Of a stretch of 64,000 bases of DNA, positions 62,701-64,000 are shown piece after piece (positions within the stretch are counted from its first letter, which is position 1; the number at the start of each line of letters is the position of its first letter). This DNA comes from Patescibacteria group bacterium. GTDB lineage: Bacteria; Patescibacteriota; Microgenomatia; 0-14-0-10-38-17. The stretch spans positions 399,437 through 463,436 of the forward strand of contig JBMNNJ010000001.1 in assembly GCA_050953885.1 (NCBI GenBank), read 5' to 3'. The notes beneath the pieces were generated by a model. The model saw nothing but the letters and a program-made list of their open reading frames with translations. It was not told the DNA's origin and did not search any database. The position numbers and the translations under genes are program-made.

Positions 62701-64000
62701 TACTTAACTCAGCAACAGATTACTCCTCTACTCCAACAGACTCACGAGATCAACAGGATGCTCTCGGGGCTGATCAATTATCTCAAGAAGAAAGCTGGCA
62801 AAGCCAGCTAAATCACGGTTCACCGTTCACGGATCACAGATGGGTGAAGGTGATTTATTTATCTCCAGGTGACTCTATTGCTACCGCTTCTTTCTGTGAA
62901 CCAAGAACAGTGAACGGTGAACCACGAGCCGAAGGCGAGTATAACTCCCGTGAACTACGATCTGTGAACTGTGAACCATACGTTGTTTGGGACAAAATCG
63001 TTTCCATCGAGTATGTTGGCTATGAGCAGGTCTATGACATAGAGGTTGAGGGCACGCATAACTTTGTTGCTAATGGAATTTTGGCCCATAACACGTATAT
63101 TAGCGGCAATGTCGGCATCGGGACGACGAGTCCGGGGTACAAACTAGACGTAAATGGAACACTAAACGCCACATCAATCTATGAGAACGGAACACCGCTC
63201 TCTAACAGTTATAGCAACGTTGTTTATAAATATGGGCCAACAGGTTTAAATGGAGCGGCCACTAGTGATTTTGGATTAAGAATTACTCACTCAACTGGTG
63301 ATACCAGTCACGCTGACCATGGTTCTTATTTAGTTAACATTAAAAGCAGGTACATTGATGAAACGTGGCTTTTCTACTTAGCATCTGAATATCTCGGGGC
63401 ATACAAGTATAATATAGAGCGGGTGGGTGGGCATACGAACAGCGTTACCGCAGTACTGGTAACAAATACTAGTACGAGTTTTCAATTAGAACTGCAAACA
63501 TCAGGATCACAAAATGACTGGCATAGCGTAACGGTCACTAGAGTTGGGTATTCTCAGTCCGGTAATCCAACGTTTAGTTACATTGATTCCACAGCATTTA
63601 GTGCTGGTACTACTGTTGGTAGGAAATCTTGGATTGGGAATAACAATGGTGGAACAAGTACTTACTATAGCGGCAACGTCGGCATCGGGACGACGAGTCC
63701 AGGGTATACACTACATGTTAACGGCACGGCCAATATCGGCTCTTCTTTATACGTTGCCGGCAACCAACGCTTTAATTCCTCCGGCGCTCTTATTCCCCAT
63801 ACCGTTTCTTCAACCACTAAATTTACTAACCTTAACGCCGATATGGTTGACGGTTATAGCTACTCCTCCTCTTGGCCAAATGCCTCAAATACTGTCCTGC
63901 GTTCAGGCTCCACTACAAACTACATACCAAAATGGAGCGGAACCTATACCCTAACTAATTCAATTATCTACGATAACGGCACCAATGTCGGCATCGGGAC
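47769..64000 (+). CDS. Giant tail-fibre-like repeat surface protein, more than 5,400 codons in the window and still open at the window end
   Basis: The frame of 47769 (positions divisible by 3) has no listed stop to 64000. Hand translation of several long stretches confirmed it is open. N-terminal integrase-CB-like module (IQAYLKRLKKEGASPATLKRKEAALKKFQSW), a TM anchor (FLIGLVLLASLGWGVY), then modules with the GNVGIGTTxPxxKL(D/H)VNG motif. Also LAPRMTTSQRDAIVNPAAGLLIYNTTTNQYNMYNGTGW, and an FN3 segment (YYYVVNAFDSNN...ISWVAVPGATNYRVYG). All ORF-track entries in this span are in other frames or antisense. Confidence 0.85.
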   Translation, partial: MTNRTNRTNNRTNSAGFLEPLQIQAYLKRLKKEGASPATLKRKEAALKKFQSWQGKEYGPKYPLPKGAPKPKKIISKKGIFPKAFPPFLRYFSFLIGLVLLASLGWGVYSQFFAQPKETPSMAFPTNPPLLISFQGQLTDDDGTPINATIPAIFRLYNVDEGGTALWEEQKNVSTDQDGIFNTFLGDTATLDPAIFRDNMNLWLAIEIDNDGEMEPRQQIATVGYAFNSRYLQGYEATTAATANTIPVINADGDLILASSSPAIEATSGTFGLKGEAITIQSTGGTGGGDILIQPDADTQGQVIIYSATTADNSFTVQNSNITTGSLIYGEAGTSASGYNLLKLTSGSLLTDKFVVDYAGNTDIAGNLTVDSSGFFGNSVGIGTTSPGATLDVNGNLRIGTLTTGSTDTVLTHSNNIVQQRTIDPRVWGETLVDGSGSAGYVAYWQDANTLTGEQYLATSRGGTGDDTSSTTGVPYISSGNWQYESSLNVSRGGTGFSSLAAGSLIYGSGSSPMNALAIGTTNYVLTSNGSAPNWSLISQANISPDSLDFDQFQDTLDLDTDLVLNQAAYTWTQNFTGATTTGLTYNANALTSGKGVYVSSTSTGLTGNLAEISLSGNNAANTGNVLRLAQTGALSAAIPLMVTNLGAGASFRVNDETGDNDSTPFIIDASGAVGVGTAMPNASAILDLTSTAKGFLAPRMTTSQRDAIVNPAAGLLIYNTTTNQYNMYNGTGWTLIGGGDVSWSSLIDPTENLLLNHGAYTTTFTWGASTGANNLFTLTDTANNTGTGYLLNLNTATGSSLKPLRVASAGVEALAIDAAGNVGIGTTSPGEKLDVVGAIRSSGVDVSSLNPGTSTTGGLYLGAHMGHLILDLRNNDSNDSIAFRYSAANNTVVDTIGLVMKGGTGNVGIGTTSPGATLDVNGNLRIGTLTTGSTDTVLTHSNNIVQQRTIDPRVWGETLVDGSGSAGYVAYWQDANTLTGEQYLATSRGGTGDDTSSTTGVPYISSGNWQYESSLNVSRGGTGFSSLAAGSLIYGSGSSPMNALAIGTTNYVLTSNGSAPNWSLISQANISPDSLDFDQFQDTLDLDTDLVLNQAAYTWTQNFTGATTTGLTYNANALTSGKGVYVSSTSTGLTGNLAEISLSGNNAANTGNVLRLAQTGALSAAIPLMVTNLGAGASFRVNDETGDNDSTPFIIDASGAVGVGTAMPNASAILDLTSTAKGFLAPRMTTSQRDAIVNPAAGLLIYNTTTNQYNMYNGTGWTLIGGGDVSWSSLIDPTENLLLNHGAYTTTFTWGASTGANNLFTLTDTANNTGTGYLLNLNTATGSSLKPLRVASAGVEALAIDAAGNVGIGTTSPGEKLDVVGAIRSSGVDVSSLNPGTSTTGGLYLGAHMGHLILDLRNNDSNDSIAFRYSAANNTVVDTIGLVMKGGTGNVGIGTTSPGATLDVNGNLRIGTLTTGSTDTVLTHSNNIVQQRTIDPRVWGETLVDGSGSAGYVAYWQDANTLTGEQYLATSRGGTGDDTSSTTGVPYISSGNWQYESSLNVSRGGTGFSSLAAGSLIYGSGSSPMNALAIGTTNYVLTSNGSAPNWSLISQANISPDSLDFDQFQDTLDLDTDLVLNQAAYTWTQNFTGATTTGLTYNANALTSGKGVYVSSTSTGLTGNLAEISLSGNNAANTGNVLRLAQTGALSAAIPLMVTNLGAGASFRVNDETGDNDSTPFIIDASGAVGVGTAMPNASAILDLTSTAKGFLAPRMTTSQRDAIVNPAAGLLIYNTTTNQYNMYNGTGWTLIGGGDVSWSSLIDPTENLLLNHGAYTTTFTWGASTGANNLFTLTDTANNTGTGYLLNLNTATGSSLKPLRVASAGVEALAIDAAGNVGIGTTSPGEKLDVVGAIRSSGVDVSSLNPGTSTTGGLYLGAHMGHLILDLRNNDSNDSIAFRYSAANNTVVDTIGLVMKGGTGNVGIGTTSPGATLDVNGNLRIGTLTTGSTDTVLTHSNNIVQQRTIDPRVWGETLVDGSGSAGYVAYWQDANTLTGEQYLATSRGGTGDDTSSTTGVPYISSGNWQYESSLNVSRGGTGFSSLAAGSLIYGSGSSPMNALAIGTTNYVLTSNGSAPNWSLISQANISPDSLDFDQFQDTLDLDTDLVLNQAAYTWTQNFTGATTTGLTYNANALTSGKGVYVSSTSTGLTGNLAEISLSGNNAANTGNVLRLAQTGALSAAIPLMVTNLGAGASFRVNDETGDNDSTPFIIDASGAVGVGTAMPNASAILDLTSTAKGFLAPRMTTSQRDAIVNPAAGLLIYNTTTNQYNMYNGTGWTLIGGGDVSWSSLIDPTENLLLNHGAYTTTFTWGASTGANNLFTLTDTANNTGTGYLLNLNTATGSSLKPLRVASAGVEALAIDAAGNVGIGTTSPGEKLDVVGAIRSSGVDVSSLNPGTSTTGGLYLGAHMGHLILDLRNNDSNDSIAFRYSAANNTVVDTIGLVMKGGTGNVGIGTTSPGATLDVNGNLRIGTLTTGSTDTVLTHSNNIVQQRTIDPRVWGETLVDGSGSAGYVAYWQDANTLTGEQYLATSRGGTGDDTSSTTGVPYISSGNWQYESSLNVSRGGTGFSSLAAGSLIYGSGSSPMNALAIGTTNYVLTSNGSAPNWSLISQANISPDSLDFDQFQDTLDLDTDLVLNQAAYTWTQNFTGATTTGLTYNANALTSGKGVYVSSTSTGLTGNLAEISLSGNNAANTGNVLRLAQTGALSAAIPLMVTNLGAGASFRVNDETGDNDSTPFIIDASGAVGVGTAMPNASAILDLTSTAKGFLAPRMTTSQRDAIVNPAAGLLIYNTTTNQYNMYNGTGWTLIGGGDVSWSSLIDPTENLLLNHGAYTTTFTWGASTGANNLFTLTDTANNTGTGYLLNLNTATGSSLKPLRVASAGVEALAIDAAGNVGIGTTSPGAKLHVNAGAAQLTMERDETHINTWDFRITQEAGISANSLYLRASENTADFGIRAANSGNVQFILKGPTGNVGIGTTAPGAKLDVNGTGRFATSVSSPLFQGDTGAVTFGNASYATTIAGSGLTISPTAWTATPTISGLITATLGLTANGALTANSTFTLGDGADAGSVNTSSWDISTTGVASGFTGLTSSGTITFSSLAANRLVTTTTGGELTTSAEGTVGQPLLSGGTSSPNWGTLGLVYGGTNADLSGVAQGGLIYKETSALAGTGALTGILQGNNASAPTAITGTANYLPKWSSTAPYLTTASQIFDSGANVGIGNSNPQALLHVGAGGTPNYASSGDVYIQNDLEVDGTIYGALDITDATFDFLEVKRAATFSAQIASDIPITVKNTGGNEVARFTNEGKLRLGSAGAPTDTLDIDGDADISGNLDVGNGLDVLGANFTVGGANFTVSQAGTVTGGTYNGQTISSTASFTGTLSVASTFNANSNVGLGNEATDTINAAGQFVSGLIPQTNSYNLGSPTNHWGALYVDSIYGGQVGEFDFLKARGATLSAEIPTDKTLVLEGLASGHTANLIEANANGATALTLSPAGNLTLGGTITLPNGNTLTGVASYIQFNNGISVGGGTTYRLTSTGDAYLNNLYTGGTQRLSSTGALANITDYSQSSGNFAISGTGTFSTATGNISLNGATTVADGKSFTANGPVTLGDGGDAVAINSNIWDITSAGVASGLTQLTVDNLQLDGNTLSSTTDNITLDAAAYLVIADQIASSLIPSATNTYDLGSPENYWDDAYINTLTANSLNFDFIAARGATFSAEIPTDKTLVLNAATGQTANLLEINSAPGASGDLMVVTGGGNVGIGNSNPGTYKLDVAGTGRFNSTANPGLTVGNGAIGYLKIGGSTIYDNNSDLTLDSDTALVILADDLQINGNDIYDSGANQRINLGATTTLYNTTTILSGTTALTASSLATFTTASSLAMPATTSLTLGGSATIYGGTTASGTLTLQSTSNATKGNILINPSGGNVGIGTTGPGAKLSINGSPAIEFASCGTSYGGCYIKEGWGPELYSNTSQPFQVLNTSLLVGYDQTDSTARGSGNLLVSGNVGIGTTGPNTELSLNHGYINFEPSLTSWLKTGGEGILMWNSNDIEWLESTYESGYGHRLYSIDPGAGAVTHLRLAARNNSASWTDMVTFVSNGNVGIGTTGPQHKLHIYTTTAQEGIIINAGTYPEIRFEEAGTVRGYLSVAGSAGGYGTGTLADSMILRAEGNMHLITNAGTVVQTLTSGGNVGIGTTTPGARLDVNGNLKIATLTTGATNTVLTHSGNIVQQRTIDSRVWGSALVDYSGTSANYIPKMLDADTITNSLIYEAASSRRIGISTTSPGSKLTVAGGASYFGALPAPTGVVATPTSGGGLVAGTYYYVVNAFDSNNLSSNKSSQVSCTVDGSTTTACQISWVAVPGATNYRVYGRASNAQNQYWQTTSLYYTDTGAAGASDTPPGPISAFFTGNIKAERFADSANDTYYLDPAYATLSLTTAGAAGIGYSAGQMSGATAKLAVDGNVGIGTTSPGAKLHVNAGAAQLTMERDETHINTWDFRITQEAGISANSLYLRASENTADFGIRAANSGNVQFILKGPTGNVGIGTVFGEADTTGKLNVRKDSTADGMISDVLTLRNHWHTVTNIGTGIALRFKQGSTSETGKLVDIGSIAESGWSNAVGFFVKTGGTERLRISNGGNVGIGTASPSYPLHVYKNAGDWTARFQNTSGSIDIGPANGSGAHIYTDLSQFFFNQPITLTGTSSISSYSTNNLYLKTGTQANTRMTILASNGNVGIGTTGPVQKLHVEGNCVTGDTKLAIFEDHSSQFTVHSNAPSEQITDHRSQFTEIQIKDIKSGTKVYSLNQETGKLEPARINKLLDMGTKPVFKLTTEGGKEIRTTGNHPYLAQLSYEQYQQRVQLRETGSLEEEYGLSQGDLSVAREFSQTREVWSSGSTSPSSNLNSSEYRRGEREVQPQGIYPISLSGQGQSLRGGGLSQTNSRAGLLNSATDYSSTPTDSRDQQDALGADQLSQEESWQSQLNHGSPFTDHRWVKVIYLSPGDSIATASFCEPRTVNGEPRAEGEYNSRELRSVNCEPYVVWDKIVSIEYVGYEQVYDIEVEGTHNFVANGILAHNTYISGNVGIGTTSPGYKLDVNGTLNATSIYENGTPLSNSYSNVVYKYGPTGLNGAATSDFGLRITHSTGDTSHADHGSYLVNIKSRYIDETWLFYLASEYLGAYKYNIERVGGHTNSVTAVLVTNTSTSFQLELQTSGSQNDWHSVTVTRVGYSQSGNPTFSYIDSTAFSAGTTVGRKSWIGNNNGGTSTYYSGNVGIGTTSPGYTLHVNGTANIGSSLYVAGNQRFNSSGALIPHTVSSTTKFTNLNADMVDGYSYSSSWPNASNTVLRSGSTTNYIPKWSGTYTLTNSIIYDNGTNVGIG
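48906..56575 (+). repeat. Perfect tandem array of five 1,584-bp coding units (528 aa each; the fifth is ~0.84 of a unit) inside the giant gene
   Basis: Unit starts at 48906, 50490, 52074, 53658 and 55242. The ORF-track antisense ORFs recur with an exact 1,584-bp period and identical sequences. Sequence diverges at about 56575. Confidence 0.9.
56558..56820 (+). repeat. Copy 1 of an exact ~252-bp duplication inside the giant gene. Copy 2 is at 61255-61507.
   Basis: By eye, identical from ggcaatgtgggaattgggacgacgagtccgggggcaaagctacatg ... to ggcaacgtcggcatcggga in both places. Confidence 0.85.
62157..62990 (+). repeat. Heptamer (TTCACAG/CTGTGAA) direct and inverted repeat blocks that bracket the intein interior and the nested four-helix-bundle ORF
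   Basis: Left block 62157-62231 (cacagttcacagttcacagttcacag...cacagatcacagatcacagttcacgg). Right blocks 62811-62843 (direct), 62893-62923 and 62949-62978 (inverted: ctgtgaactgtgaacc). These allow a long-range stem L/R3 and a local hairpin R1/R2. Confidence 0.7.
62422..62811 (+). CDS. Four-helix-bundle protein (23S rRNA intervening-sequence protein / Avd-like family) encoded in the +1 frame inside the intein
   Basis: The ORF-track ORF 62368..62811 contains a near-canonical family sequence: [83 protein letters not shown]. The likely start is MNNTSKEF at 62422. It sits where an intein homing endonuclease would be. Confidence 0.8.
   Translation: [129 protein letters not shown]

Larger units (their letters stand above)
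62121..63092 (+). other. Intein (Hint domain, 324 aa) with no homing endonuclease domain, inserted in the giant protein between ...KLHVEGN and TYISGNVGIGTTSP...
   Basis: Block A C-VTGDTKLAI (Cys1). Block B TGNHPYL (TxxH). Blocks F/G VYDIEVEGTHNFVANGILAHN, followed by the +1 Thr. The host reading frame stays open throughout. Confidence 0.8.

Noticed and set aside
63544-63954. + strand 136-aa ORF and other + strand ORFs inside the giant gene (57113, 57538, 58060, 58462 and 60844)
   Set aside because: They are in frames 1 or 2 relative to the giant frame-0 ORF and have Pro/Ala-rich shadow-frame composition. They are not independent genes.

Overview
This 64-kb window comes from a low-GC bacterium with compact, overlapping genes. 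The gene content and architecture suggest a Candidate Phyla Radiation / Patescibacteria-type genome; that assignment is an inference.

Positions 1-46,000 are mostly housekeeping operons:
- folD (partial) - glyA
- thyX - nucleotide kinase - dCMP deaminase
- dprA - topA - DUF1846
- PBP2 - mreD - mreC - mreB
- def - fmt - DacA-like carboxypeptidase
- rpmB
- rpmG - tRNA-Trp, and rplJ - rplL - secE - nusG - rplK - rplA in a non-canonical order
- a second MreB paralog, ndk, an M16 peptidase, an NPP-type phosphodiesterase and argS
- comEC split into two ORFs, comEA and leuS
- five further tRNAs

Interspersed among these are surface and secreted protein genes. They include a cohesin-like LPXTG protein next to an FN3-dockerin protein, a PEGA protein, TPR proteins and a Big_1 protein.

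Nearly every intergenic spacer carries one or more of several dispersed palindromic repeat families:
- a CCGCCAGCTGGCGG box
- a TCCTGAAYTTGATTCAGGA hairpin
- long AT-rich caaaa/ttttg palindromes ending in a cattcgtgtctattcg motif
- two double-hairpin elements
- two REP-like elements next to a decayed RAYT (TnpA_REP) gene fragment

Some copies of the first two families sit in-frame inside leuS. Others supply the C-terminal tails of secreted proteins.

Positions 46,000-64,000 form a distinct locus. An A-tract-rich, AT-rich region is followed by a small protein built from tandem integrase-N-terminal-like (core-binding/SAM-like) modules. A four-helix-bundle protein (Avd / 23S-IVS-protein family) comes next. 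Its stop overlaps the start of a giant + strand gene (47769 to beyond 64000, more than 5,400 codons, GC-richer, not in the ORF track because it has no stop in the window). This gene encodes a tail-fibre-like repeat protein with the GNVGIGTTxPxxKLxVNG motif. It contains:
- five 100%-identical 1,584-bp tandem repeats
- an exact 252-bp internal duplication
- about 20 copies of a DNA-level conserved 24-30-nt box
- an intein at 62121-63092

The intein has no homing endonuclease. Its interior instead carries a second four-helix-bundle ORF in the +1 frame, bracketed by TTCACAG/CTGTGAA heptamer inverted repeats.

No rRNA genes and no CRISPR array were seen.
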